Of a stretch of 32,000 nucleotides of DNA, positions 1 through 9,719 are shown in pieces. The position numbers and the translations under genes were made by a program. Every line of letters starts with the position of its first letter. The stretch's first letter is position 1. Below the pieces are notes generated by a model, which worked only from the letters and a program-made list of their open reading frames with translations, was not told the origin of the DNA and did not search any database. This stretch comes from Nostoc punctiforme PCC 73102 (GTDB lineage: Bacteria; Cyanobacteriota; Cyanobacteriia; Cyanobacteriales; Nostocaceae): contig NC_010628.1 of assembly GCF_000020025.1 (NCBI RefSeq), positions 1,680,001 to 1,712,000 of the forward strand, in the 5' to 3' direction.

Positions 1-450
1 ATCGGTTCTGTATCTTCTGAAGGTGGACAAGCCATACCCATACAAGAAATTCACCAACAAGCCGGGGTTGTTCGCTATCTTGGGCCTCGCAATGATATAC
101 CAACACTGTTGAACTTAAGCGATGTATTTGTGTTGCCGAGTTATTACCGTGAAGGAGTACCAAGGGTTTTGTTAGAGGCTGCGACGATGGAACTCCCTTT
201 AATTACAACTGATATGCCTGGTTGTAAAGAAGTTGTAAAAGATGGCTGGAATGGTTTGCTAGTTCCTCCCAGAGATACCAAAGCTTTAGCTACAGCGATT
301 TTAAAACTTCTAAATTCTCCAGAACAAAGAAACCTCATGGGAAAACGAAGTAGGGTACACGTTCAGACGAACTTCAGTCTTAACCAAGTAGCAGATGCTT
401 ATGCTGATATTTATAACCGGGTTTTAAAGCTGCCAAAAACATTGAAATAA
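1..450 (+). CDS. Glycosyltransferase family 4 (GT-B fold), C-terminal part; 5' end lies upstream of the window
   Basis: Frame 1 is open from nt 1 to the stop at 448-450, so the ttg at 109 in the ORF track is probably not the true start. The C-terminal GT4 region is recognisable: VFVLPSYYREGVPRVLLEAATMELPLITTDMPGCKEVV...GLLVPP. Confidence 0.85.
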   Translation: MGSVSSEGGQAIPIQEIHQQAGVVRYLGPRNDIPTLLNLSDVFVLPSYYREGVPRVLLEAATMELPLITTDMPGCKEVVKDGWNGLLVPPRDTKALATAILKLLNSPEQRNLMGKRSRVHVQTNFSLNQVADAYADIYNRVLKLPKTLK

Positions 451-487
451 TAAATAATTTGATAATTTTTCTTCTAATGAGACTTAT

Positions 488-1183
488 ATGACTAGCGAAA
501 TTGAAGCAATCCGTCAACGTTATCATCGCCGTCAGCAAATCCCTGAAGCGTTTTTATACGATCCATTGAATCCATCTCGTCATATGCTTTATCAAGAAAA
601 GCGTCAAGCATTGATTCGTTGGATTAATTGGGCTAATCTAGCCCCAGTTCAAGACAAACGTCTACTAGAAATTGGTTGTGGTAATGGAAATAACCTGAGC
701 CTATTTATGTCTTTGGGTTTTCAACCAGAGAACTTAGTAGGAAATGAATTGATCGAAGACTATGCAGTAAATGCACGCCGTTTACTTCCAACAGGAACTC
801 AAATTTTAGTTGGTGATGCGTCGACTCTGAATTTAGAAGAAAATTCGTTTGATATTGTTTTTCAATCAACGGTTTTCACTTCAATTCTAGATCCTAAATT
901 TCAGCAAAAATTAGCCAATCGTATGTGGTCGATGGTTAAACCTGGAGGAGGTATACTTTGGTATGACTTTATCTTCAATAACCCGAAAAATCCTGATGTC
1001 AAAGGCGTTACTAAAAGACAAATTCATCAGCTATTTCCCAATGGAGATATCAAAACTTGGCAATTATGTTTAGCGCCTCCCATTAGTCGCCAAGTTACTA
1101 AAATTCATCCCAGTCTTTATAATGTTTTTAATTTATTTCCCTTTCTGCGGACTCATGTCTTGTGTTGGATTACCAAGCCATAA
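488..1183 (+). CDS. Class I SAM-dependent methyltransferase
   Basis: 231 aa ORF with SAM-binding motif I (LLEIGCGNGNN) and a post-I acidic residue (GNELIED). It sits inside a sugar-modification cluster. Confidence 0.85.
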   Translation: MTSEIEAIRQRYHRRQQIPEAFLYDPLNPSRHMLYQEKRQALIRWINWANLAPVQDKRLLEIGCGNGNNLSLFMSLGFQPENLVGNELIEDYAVNARRLLPTGTQILVGDASTLNLEENSFDIVFQSTVFTSILDPKFQQKLANRMWSMVKPGGGILWYDFIFNNPKNPDVKGVTKRQIHQLFPNGDIKTWQLCLAPPISRQVTKIHPSLYNVFNLFPFLRTHVLCWITKP

Positions 1184-1220
1184 TTTTTTCATTCCTTGCT
1201 AATTTTAATTACTACATCCT

Positions 1221-2372
1221 ATGCCAGAATTCATCCCTTTCGCTTTACCTGATATTGGAGAAGAAGAAATTAGTGAGGTTGTTGATTCTTTACGATCTGG
1301 TTGGTTGACTACAGGACCTAAGACCAAACGTTTTGAGCAATATTTTGCAGATTTCATTGGTTCTGGAGTAGAAGCGATCGCAGTTAATTCTGCCACATCA
1401 GGGTTACATCTCGCTCTGGAAGCATTGGGAATTGGTCCCGGAGATGAAGTAATTACCACAGTCCACACCTTCACGGCTACAGCAGAAGTGATTCGTTACT
1501 TAGGAGCCAATCCAGTCTTTGTTGATATTAATTTAGCTACTCTCAACATTGATGCTAGCAAAATTGAGGCTGCTATTACTCCCCGCACTAAAGCCATCAT
1601 GCCTGTCCATTTTGGTGGACTTGCTTGTGATATGCAATCAATTTTAACAATTGCCCAAAAGCATCAATTGAAAGTAGTTGAAGATGCTGCCCATGCTATC
1701 CCGACAACCTATCAGGGTAAGTTGATTGGTAGCTTAGATAGTGATGTCACCGTCTATAGCTTTTATGCAACCAAAACCATTGCTACAGGTGAAGGGGGTA
1801 TGCTAGTAACCCGTAACCCGGAAATAGCTCAAAGATGCCGAACTATGCGCTTACATGGCATCAATCGAGATGCTTTCGATCGCTATACCTCAACTAAACC
1901 CTCATGGTATTACGAGGTAGTTGCACCAGGCTTCAAATATAATATGACAGATGTCGCGGCTTCTCTTGGTATCCATCAATTGAAGAAAGCCAAGACACTA
2001 CAGCAACAACGAGCTGCGATCGCTAATCGATACAATATAGAACTAAGCGACTTACCTTTACATCTGCCAGCATTACCTGCTGATGGAGATATTCACTCTT
2101 GGCATCTATATGTAATTCGTTTAGCCGATTCTGTACAAGTTAGTCGCAATAACTTTATTGAGCAATTGGCTGCTAAAGGGATTGGTTGTAGCGTTCACTA
2201 TATTCCTTTACACTTGCATCCCTACTGGCGCGACACTTACAATCTCTGCTTAGAAGATTTTCCTCAAGCATCCTATGCTTCTGAACGGATAGTAAGCCTA
2301 CCAATCTACACAAAAATGACTGAGGCAGATCAAACTCATATCATTGAAATCATCAACAAAACTTTGACTTGA
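1221..2372 (+). CDS. DegT/DnrJ/EryC1/StrS-family PLP-dependent sugar aminotransferase
   Basis: 383 aa. The N-terminus is typical of the family ([35 protein letters not shown]). The PLP-lysine region is [19 protein letters not shown]. Confidence 0.9.
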   Translation: MPEFIPFALPDIGEEEISEVVDSLRSGWLTTGPKTKRFEQYFADFIGSGVEAIAVNSATSGLHLALEALGIGPGDEVITTVHTFTATAEVIRYLGANPVFVDINLATLNIDASKIEAAITPRTKAIMPVHFGGLACDMQSILTIAQKHQLKVVEDAAHAIPTTYQGKLIGSLDSDVTVYSFYATKTIATGEGGMLVTRNPEIAQRCRTMRLHGINRDAFDRYTSTKPSWYYEVVAPGFKYNMTDVAASLGIHQLKKAKTLQQQRAAIANRYNIELSDLPLHLPALPADGDIHSWHLYVIRLADSVQVSRNNFIEQLAAKGIGCSVHYIPLHLHPYWRDTYNLCLEDFPQASYASERIVSLPIYTKMTEADQTHIIEIINKTLT

Positions 2373-3073
2373 GCCTTTAAGCAACACATTCTGAAACAGT
2401 TTAATTTAAAAATAATCTCAAGACTAAGTAAACAGCTTTTGTCTTAATATTTTTGTGTTTCAATATTCATTCTTAAAACTGCTGTTCAGGTAAAAACAAA
2501 AAAATAGTGCTATTACAGTAGCATATTGCGCCGCAGATTATACTAAATTTTTCTATAAAATTGCACTCACAAAAGGCACATTTTTATGAAGAGTTGATGT
2601 ATTTAACACAAAAAAAGTTAAAAAATAACTCATATAGCTATAAAATAGTAAAAACAACTACACATTAAAGTAAAAAAATTAACCTAGTAGAAAACTGTAC
2701 ATAGTCCTTTGCGCTGTTTTAATAGGAGCATTTTTTGTCTTGAATGTAATGATGATTTTGCAACATTCAGTTTTTTATTTTCAATCAGTTAAATCAAATA
2801 ACTGGAAAAAATTACCAGAGATCACTCCATCATAAAATTATCTAACTTCGAATTAGTACTGATAAATAACTTAAATGTTGCTGCATTTATAGCGTTTCCC
2901 AATCTGGCGCTCTACAGCTTCATCTCAGTTGCTTAAAAAAGGCTATACGTTGGCAGTTAGCTGATCTGGCTATTTAAAAAATTGAATATTTTGATTATTT
3001 ATTTACAAATACTTAATAAATATTTGTCCATACAAAAATAAACTAACTTACGCATTTTTAATTGATGTTAATC

Positions 3074-3667
3074 ATGGCTAAACGAATTTTTGACTTACTT
3101 TTTGCTCTAATTGGTATTTTGATCCTGTCACCCCTATTTTTCACAATAGCAATATGGATCAAACTTGATTCTCCAGGAAATGTGTTATTTCGACAAATTC
3201 GCATTGGACGCTTTGGACGTGAATTTAGTATTTACAAATTCCGTACTATGGTGGCTGATGCCGAAAGCAGAGGAAAACAAATTACAGTAGCTAAAGATAG
3301 CCGTATTACCCGAAGTGGACAGTTTTTAAGAAAATATAAGCTAGATGAATTACCACAATTATTCAACGTTGTAAAAGGGGAAATGAGTTTAGTTGGCCCT
3401 CGTCCTGAAGTTCCAAGATATGTAGCATATTATACGGCTGAACAACGTCGAGTTTTAGATGTACTTCCGGGTATTACGGATCCAGCTTCAATTAAATTCC
3501 GAAATGAAAGTGAATTACTAAAAGATACTGCTAACCCTGAATATGTCTATATCAACGAAATAATGCCTCAAAAATTAGAATTAAATATGCAGTACCTTGG
3601 TCAAGATAACTTAGGTTTTGCTCTACTCATTATCCTGAAAACATTACAAAAGGTGATTGGAATATAG
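3074..3667 (+). CDS. Bac_transf-family sugar transferase (small polyprenyl-phosphate hexose-1-phosphate transferase, priming enzyme)
   Basis: It has an N-terminal TM helix (LLFALIGILILSPLFFTIAIWI) plus the KFRTM and DELPQLFNVVKGEMSLVGPRPE motifs. The ORF track begins at ttg 3062, but the ATG at 3074 (MAKRIFD) fits the usual family N-terminus. The start is uncertain by 4 codons. Confidence 0.85.
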   Translation: MAKRIFDLLFALIGILILSPLFFTIAIWIKLDSPGNVLFRQIRIGRFGREFSIYKFRTMVADAESRGKQITVAKDSRITRSGQFLRKYKLDELPQLFNVVKGEMSLVGPRPEVPRYVAYYTAEQRRVLDVLPGITDPASIKFRNESELLKDTANPEYVYINEIMPQKLELNMQYLGQDNLGFALLIILKTLQKVIGI

Positions 3668-3880
3668 AATATGACTTTTAAAAATCTGTAATCTGCTATG
3701 CCTTACCAAGACGACAGGAATTCGTCATTCTGCTTTAGATAGTAATTTAGATCTCTGCCTGAAACAAAGATACCTATGAAGGTAGGAGCTAAATTACTAT
3801 TCTTAATTACTATTAAGATCACAAATTTAATTTTAAATTATTATACTAAGCTAAGCTTATTCAGCCTTTAAAAATAATTT

Positions 3881-5983
3881 ATGGAATCACAAATAGTTTT
3901 TTTTGCATTTGATAAATATTGGCAAATATTGAAGCGTCGGTGGAGGCCAAGTTTAGCTGTCTTTATCCCAGCTTTTCTGTTTTTGGTGCTGACTTCATCT
4001 TTAAAAAAACCTGCTTATGAGGCAGAAGGCAAGCTACTATTTCAAAGGACAAATACTATCTCTTCCTTGACGGGAGTGGGAGCAGGGATAGGTAATTTAG
4101 AAGCAGTAGCACAGGATCAGAAAACTAACCCTCTAAATACAGAAGCAGAGATTATTCGCTCTGTACCTCTTGTGCAAAAAACTATAGACAAACTTATTTT
4201 AACAAACGAACAAGGTGAAGCTTTAAAACCCAAAGAGTTACTGAAAAAGTTAACTGTTAAAGATATTAAAGGATCTGATATTTTAGAAGTTTCCTATAAA
4301 GATATTGACCCTGAGAAATCTGCAAAAGTGGTTAATTCAGTGATGAATATTTATTTAGAATATAACGTCTCTTCACGCAGGAAAGAGGCTGCTGCAGCCC
4401 GTAAATTTCTTCAAAAGGAGTTGCCAAAATCTGAATTAATTGTCAGAAATGCAGAAAGCGAATTAGCGAGTTTTCAAGATATGAATAAAGTTGTTTCTCT
4501 GCAAGAAGAAGCAACTAAATCGCTAGACGTAATTACAGAACTACAAAAGCAATTTAGCCAGGTTCAATCTCAAATTGCCAATGTCAATGCCCAGTCTCAA
4601 GATATCCGCAAGCAGTTGAATATGAATTCAAAACAGGCGTTAGCTCAGACTTCTCTGAGCCAATCTCCTGGGTTACAAGATATTCTCAAAGAAGTCCAGC
4701 AGTTAGAGTCTCAACTTGCATTGAGGCGAACTGTTTTGCAGGAATCTCATCCTGAAATTATTAACTTAAAATATAAGTTAAAAGCCTTAAAAAATATAAT
4801 CCAACAACGAGTAACACAGGTTGTAGGGACAAATGAAATACAATGGAATGGTAATTTGCAGATTGGGGCACTGCAACAACAACTAACTGGAGAAATGCTC
4901 AGGTTAGAGTCAACTCGCCTGGGATTAGTTAGCCAAGCCGCAGCTTTATCCAAATTACAAGCAGTCTACAAAGAAAAACTGAAAACTTTGCCCAGATTAG
5001 AACAACAACAGCGCCAGCTGGAACGCAAAGTACAAGCATCACAATCTACATATACACTTTTGTTACAAAAATTGCAAGAGAGCCAAATTGCAGAAAATCA
5101 AAACGTCGGTAATGCCAGTTTGATAGCTGAAGCCGAAATCCCTGACCAGCCTATTTCTTCTAATATGCTTTCGTACTTTAGTTCAGGTTTACTTGCTGTT
5201 TTAGCGACCTTGGCGACTATATATATTCTGGAAATAAGAGATAAATCCATCAAGACTGTTGATGAAGCAAAGCAATTAATAGGGTTTCCTTTACTAGGTG
5301 TAATTCCTACCTTTAGCAAGCATCAAAAATCTTATGTAAGCGACGAACAGATAGACTTATCTACCTCAAAGCTTGTTGTCAAAGGTACTTATCCCTCTCA
5401 AATTATTGAAGCTTATCGGATGTTGCGGACAAATTTGAAGTTAAAAGGTGGTGATAAACAGTTAAAAGTTATTGTTGTCACTAGTTCTGTGCCCAGAGAA
5501 GGTAAATCAACAGTAGCAGCTAATTTAGCAATAGTAATGGCACAGATGGACCATCAAGTCTTACTGATAGATGGGAATTTGCATCGTCCAGTTCAACATC
5601 AAATTTGGGAATTAAATAATAATCAAGGTCTTAGTAATCTGATTCTTGAAGAAGCCAAAATCAGTACTGTTATCAAAACAGTGATGAATAATTTGGATGT
5701 CCTAACTGCTGGACTAGTACGACCTTCTCCAGCATCTCTGCTTGATTCAAAATGTATGGATTCTTTGATTCAAAATTTTGCTATCAACTATGATTTCGTA
5801 ATTATTGACGCTCCTTCATTAAATGTCGCAGCTGATGCAGCTACTTTAGGTCAAATGACTGATGGCGTTTTGTTGGTAGTTCGTCCTGGGGTAGTTGATT
5901 CTGTTCAGGCTGCTGTTGCTTGTGAAATTTTAGAAAAATCTGGTCAGAATGTTCTTGGACAAGTTGTCAACGCAGTTGTATAG
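3881..5983 (+). CDS. Polysaccharide co-polymerase / BY-kinase-like protein (Wzc/GumC-like: chain-length determinant domain plus CpsD-like P-loop ATPase)
   Basis: 700 aa. It has an N-terminal TM segment, a long Q/L-rich coiled-coil periplasmic region and a second TM (LLAVLATLATIYIL). The C-terminal P-loop domain carries Walker A SSVPREGKST, Walker A' VLLIDGNLHRP and Walker B FVIIDAPS. The protein ends at ...GQVVNAVV with no Tyr-rich tail. Confidence 0.85.
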   Translation: MESQIVFFAFDKYWQILKRRWRPSLAVFIPAFLFLVLTSSLKKPAYEAEGKLLFQRTNTISSLTGVGAGIGNLEAVAQDQKTNPLNTEAEIIRSVPLVQKTIDKLILTNEQGEALKPKELLKKLTVKDIKGSDILEVSYKDIDPEKSAKVVNSVMNIYLEYNVSSRRKEAAAARKFLQKELPKSELIVRNAESELASFQDMNKVVSLQEEATKSLDVITELQKQFSQVQSQIANVNAQSQDIRKQLNMNSKQALAQTSLSQSPGLQDILKEVQQLESQLALRRTVLQESHPEIINLKYKLKALKNIIQQRVTQVVGTNEIQWNGNLQIGALQQQLTGEMLRLESTRLGLVSQAAALSKLQAVYKEKLKTLPRLEQQQRQLERKVQASQSTYTLLLQKLQESQIAENQNVGNASLIAEAEIPDQPISSNMLSYFSSGLLAVLATLATIYILEIRDKSIKTVDEAKQLIGFPLLGVIPTFSKHQKSYVSDEQIDLSTSKLVVKGTYPSQIIEAYRMLRTNLKLKGGDKQLKVIVVTSSVPREGKSTVAANLAIVMAQMDHQVLLIDGNLHRPVQHQIWELNNNQGLSNLILEEAKISTVIKTVMNNLDVLTAGLVRPSPASLLDSKCMDSLIQNFAINYDFVIIDAPSLNVAADAATLGQMTDGVLLVVRPGVVDSVQAAVACEILEKSGQNVLGQVVNAVV

Positions 5984-6206
5984 CCAAGTAAGTGCGGTAT
6001 TCTTGTAGATAAGGGGTTATCGCCTATGTGCAACTGGCGTGCAAATGACCTTCATCGGAGTTTAAGTTGACACAAAGAACAGATGTGTGCGTCCAATGCG
6101 TATTGCATCTAAACAATAACCGCTATAAATTTTTAGCTATATGGTGAGGTAAATCATCCAAACTAAAAAATCAAAGGTTATTAGTAAATAATCAATCAAA
6201 TTACAG

Positions 6207-6620
6207 ATGACTCACTACCAAAAGTTACTCAAAATTTCCACTACTGCCAAATCTTTTTACAACATCACCGCTAAAATTGAAGCCGCAGTCACAGAATCGG
6301 GGATTGAAACTGGTCTTTGTACTTTATTTTTGCGCCACACTTCAGCTAGTTTAGTTATTCAAGAAAATGCCGATCCTGATGTTCTTGTGGATTTAGCGAA
6401 TTTTATGGCAAAACTTGTCCCAGAATCAGGCAAATATATCCACGATGCAGAAGGCCCCGATGATATGCCAGCACACATTCGTACTGCACTTACCCACACT
6501 TCTGAAAATATCCCTATTAATCGAGGTCATTTAGTACTGGGAACTTGGCAGGGAATTTATATTTGGGAACATCGCCAGCACAGTCATTTAAGAGAATTGG
6601 TTATCCACATTTCTGGATAG
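6207..6620 (+). CDS. YjbQ/UPF0047-family protein (secondary thiamine-phosphate synthase enzyme)
   Basis: 137 aa. Family-typical segments are LCTLFLRHTSASLVIQENADPDV, DDMPAHIRTALT and LVLGTWQGIYIWEHR. Confidence 0.8.
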   Translation: MTHYQKLLKISTTAKSFYNITAKIEAAVTESGIETGLCTLFLRHTSASLVIQENADPDVLVDLANFMAKLVPESGKYIHDAEGPDDMPAHIRTALTHTSENIPINRGHLVLGTWQGIYIWEHRQHSHLRELVIHISG

Positions 6621-7046
6621 CTGATTTTCCAGTTTGATTCCAGCTTGAGTTTTGTAAAGTTTAAATACTCTGGTTAGTCTGCCTACCCTTTGGATATAAT
6701 TTCATAAACTCGTGGTAATATACATTAAACAAATTTCGCCGTGATACAGGAATCCAGTTTGATTTCTGAAAAAATACGTAGTAACGCACCCAACCCTCGA
6801 TAATGGTGGGTTATGAACTCTGCTCTAATACACCCCCTACATACCTAGTTTTTCAAAAATTAAATAATAATCCTATAACTTTGCAATGAAAATTATTGAT
6901 ACGAAATTAATTAGACATATCATATTAAACAATTATTGTCATTTTGTAAACTCAAAAGTTAAGTTTATTTTGACTTATTTAATAATTTACTTAATTTCGA
7001 TATACACTAATAGTTAGTATAAGCTGTTTGGGTTATTTCAATTACT

Positions 7047-7796
7047 ATGAAGCAAGAACTGACACCAACTCATACTTTCCAATATATTGATGAAATCCTT
7101 GCCCAACAGTCTATTAATTTATTATCACTTAATCCCCAAAAGAAATTAATTACCAGCTTTGCTGAGTTGGAAAACTTAATTACTGAGCAAAACACCGATA
7201 TTGAACTTCTTACAAATCTTCAGGAAACTCTCGAAGTCATAGTCTGTACCCAGTTACAAAACTTCCCAGAAAATATATTTTGGGATTTTGATTTTCTAGT
7301 TAGTAGTATGCTTAGGCAGGCTTTAGCAGCAAATGAGGGCGCTATTCCTTTTCTCAAAATTTTTGGTGAAAAGATGGTTTCTCTGGTAGAAATGTTCGGA
7401 ACTAAAACAGAAATTCGCTTTCGTTATGTTCACGATTTTATGTATGGGTTTGAGTGGGCGAGGTGGGTACAAAAAGAACCACAAAAACGCGCATACATAG
7501 AGCCTTTTAGTCTAGTTTTTTTGGATTACTTACTCGCCAAAGGTAAGGAACTTGTACAAAGGATTAATCATGGTCAGGTCGTATCTTATAAACTATGTGA
7601 TACAGGCTACCGGAATCCCTTCACTTTTTCTCGTGAACCAGAAGACGAATATCGTCTACTCACTTATCTAGCTGAGGAGCAACTTATCCCAGTAGCAGTG
7701 TGGAACTGGAATGCAAGCCCAGTATGGAACAAACCTTTCCAAGAAATGCGCCAGCAATTAGCATTAAAATTAAATATTCAACCACAGAAACATTGA
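7047..7796 (+). CDS. Hypothetical protein (249 aa), no domain recognised
   Basis: Long uninterrupted ORF with an ATG start and coding-like composition. It lies 32 nt upstream of the next gene on the same strand. Confidence 0.6.
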   Translation: MKQELTPTHTFQYIDEILAQQSINLLSLNPQKKLITSFAELENLITEQNTDIELLTNLQETLEVIVCTQLQNFPENIFWDFDFLVSSMLRQALAANEGAIPFLKIFGEKMVSLVEMFGTKTEIRFRYVHDFMYGFEWARWVQKEPQKRAYIEPFSLVFLDYLLAKGKELVQRINHGQVVSYKLCDTGYRNPFTFSREPEDEYRLLTYLAEEQLIPVAVWNWNASPVWNKPFQEMRQQLALKLNIQPQKH

Positions 7797-7828
7797 TTAG
7801 CAATTAAAAATTGCTGAAGAAAATAATT

Positions 7829-8638
7829 ATGAAAATTGTTGATTTAATTACTTGGTTTGAAGCGTGGGCAAATCCCGCTTGGTGTGAAAGCTGGGATAAT
7901 TGCGGTTGGCAGATTGAACCAGGAGTTTTGCAGGAAAAAGCACGGGTTTTGGTATGTTTGACACCGACTTTGGCAGTAATGGAAGAAGCGATCGCAGAAA
8001 ATGCTAATCTGATATTCGCCCATCATCCCTTGATTTTTAATCCTCTCAAATCTTTACGCACTGGTGAAGCGATCGCAGAAATGGTACGGTTAGCTTTTAC
8101 CCACAATATTGGTATTTACAGCGCTCACACCAATTTCGACCAAGTGCAGGATGGTACAGCTGATGTATTAGCTCAAATTTTAGAACTCAAGGAAGTTACT
8201 CCCATAGTACCAACACAAGCAGGATTGGGATATGGTCGTGTTGGTTTGTTAGAGCCATTTTTGACACTACAGGAATTACTCGCAGCTATTCAAACCCGAC
8301 TTGCTCCCCCTAATTTGATTTTTTCCCCAACTACTGACTTACAGCAAATAATTTCACGAGTTGCTGTTTTGGGTGGTTCGGGGGCTGGTTACATTTCAGC
8401 CGTCGCCAAAACTGGTGCCCAGGCTTATCTGACTTCTGACTGTAAGTTTCATCAGTTTCAAGAAAGCCGAGATGCCTACGGCGGGCTGCGCCAACGCAAT
8501 CTTATTTTAATAGATGCGGGACATTATGCTACCGAACGTCCAGCTTGCGATCGCTTGGTGCAAAAATTCCAGTCCCTAAACTTAGACTGGGTGCAATTAA
8601 GCCAAAAGGATGAAGATTTCCGCCAGTTTTTTGCTTGA
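7829..8638 (+). CDS. Nif3-like dinuclear metal centre protein (GTP cyclohydrolase 1 type 2 homolog family)
   Basis: Nif3 hallmarks are present: WDNCGWQI, NANLIFAHHPLIF, GIYSAHTNFD and IDAGHYATE. The ORF track starts at ttg 7811; the ATG at 7829 (MKIVDLI) is preferred. It contains an in-frame mini-repeat (DAYGGLRQR, nt 8471-8498). Confidence 0.85.
   Translation: MKIVDLITWFEAWANPAWCESWDNCGWQIEPGVLQEKARVLVCLTPTLAVMEEAIAENANLIFAHHPLIFNPLKSLRTGEAIAEMVRLAFTHNIGIYSAHTNFDQVQDGTADVLAQILELKEVTPIVPTQAGLGYGRVGLLEPFLTLQELLAAIQTRLAPPNLIFSPTTDLQQIISRVAVLGGSGAGYISAVAKTGAQAYLTSDCKFHQFQESRDAYGGLRQRNLILIDAGHYATERPACDRLVQKFQSLNLDWVQLSQKDEDFRQFFA
8471..8498 (+). repeat. GC-rich ~28-nt mini-repeat, copy inside the Nif3-like CDS (translated DAYGGLRQR)
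   Basis: The sequence is GATGCCTACGGCGGGCTGCGCCAACGCA. It is 25/28 identical to 13014-13041 and 26/28 identical to the reverse complement of 24764-24792 (counted by eye). Confidence 0.8.
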
Positions 8639-8773
8639 TTGCTTATGTTTCGCTATATTTTTGATATTGTCAAACTATTTAGCCTACCAAGATTAATGCC
8701 GAATATATTTGTATTAAAATTTCACCGTATATCCGGACTAGTCCCATCTAAATCTTATATTTAATACTATTTT

Positions 8774-8789
8774 TGTGATACAGATCACT
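8774..8789. promoter_or_regulatory. CRP-family-type palindrome TGTGA-tacaga-TCACT upstream of a perfect TATAAT (8803-8808)
   Basis: It matches the TGTGA-N6-TCACA consensus of CRP/cAMP-receptor-type regulators at 9 of 10 positions. It lies ~110 nt upstream of the 8898 ORF. Confidence 0.3.
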
Positions 8790-8897
8790 AATTGCGTGTA
8801 ACTATAATCACATGATGTTAATGTTCCATATCAACTAGTCGCAGAAGAAAATGTTCCACACTTGATATAACAAATTGTTTACTCTGTCCTAACCAAG

Positions 8898-9116
8898 ATG
8901 ATTCGCACAATCGTTGAATCTGCTTTCCAAACTGGATATCTTAGTGTTGAATCTGAGGGTTTACTCAAGCAAGTGCTAGCTACTAAATGCTATCAGTCAG
9001 AGGATTTGCCAGACCTTGCAGCCCTATATGACGCAGTTCATGCAGGTAAAATTAAACGGGAAGCATCCTCATCGAACTTGCTTATAGAATTTCCCCTACC
9101 ACATAAATCTTCCTGA
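8898..9116 (+). CDS. Small hypothetical protein (72 aa)
   Basis: ATG-initiated ORF in an otherwise empty region, with coding-like composition. A perfect TATAAT (8803-8808) lies upstream. No family recognised. Confidence 0.45.
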   Translation: MIRTIVESAFQTGYLSVESEGLLKQVLATKCYQSEDLPDLAALYDAVHAGKIKREASSSNLLIEFPLPHKSS

Positions 9117-9719
9117 TCCTCTAAAAGAACCAGAGGACCCGAGAAAAGCTTGTTGCAAGTATTTATGCTCACTCGTTATTCCATTCTCTTGCCCTTCTCT
9201 TACCCATCATCAGGCAAAAAACCTTAAAAATTCAAAACTCTTTGGGTGTTGTTGCTGAAAACCATCAAGGTCAGCAAGAGAATGAGTTAAGATCAGATAC
9301 AAGTGGGTAAAAGTAAAGCCGAGTCCCCGGACTTCCCAGCAATGCCAATGAATAAAAGTAGGCAGATTAAACAACCGCAATCAACGATTGTTTTGGAGTA
9401 TTATTTATTACATAATGGTAAGAATGACTCACCAAGAAATATGAACCTGATTAGGACAGATTCCGAATTGTTTGACTTCTATGAAGCAGACGTTCCTTAG
9501 AATAAGCTGAAAGGAGATTGAATTCATTACCAAAGGAACTCATGATTTATTGCCCAATATTTCCCAATATTTTGACAACTACAGGCAAATTTTGGCATTG
9601 AGTGATAAAGCGTACTTGTTCTCAACGGTGAAATTAACCTCCCAAAGGTGTAATGTAATGGGGTAGAACCCAGATTTTGACAGGTTTAACTACGTTGTTT
9701 AAAAAGGCAGAAACAGTAC

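Noticed and set aside
144-338. 64-aa minus-strand ORF inside the GT4 gene. Similar cases are 1205-1474 (-) overlapping the DegT gene start, 4747-4953 and 5098-5319 (-) inside the Wzc-like gene, and 7844-8026 (-) inside the Nif3-like gene.
   Set aside because: These are antisense shadow ORFs fully embedded in well-supported genes with clear family motifs. Their peptides are low-complexity or Cys-rich with no recognisable features.
9303-9500. 65-aa plus-strand ORF starting with GTG in the 603-bp gap between the 72-aa and 103-aa ORFs.
   Set aside because: It has a non-ATG start without a Shine-Dalgarno, and its composition does not look coding. It is probably a chance ORF. The gap itself remains unexplained.
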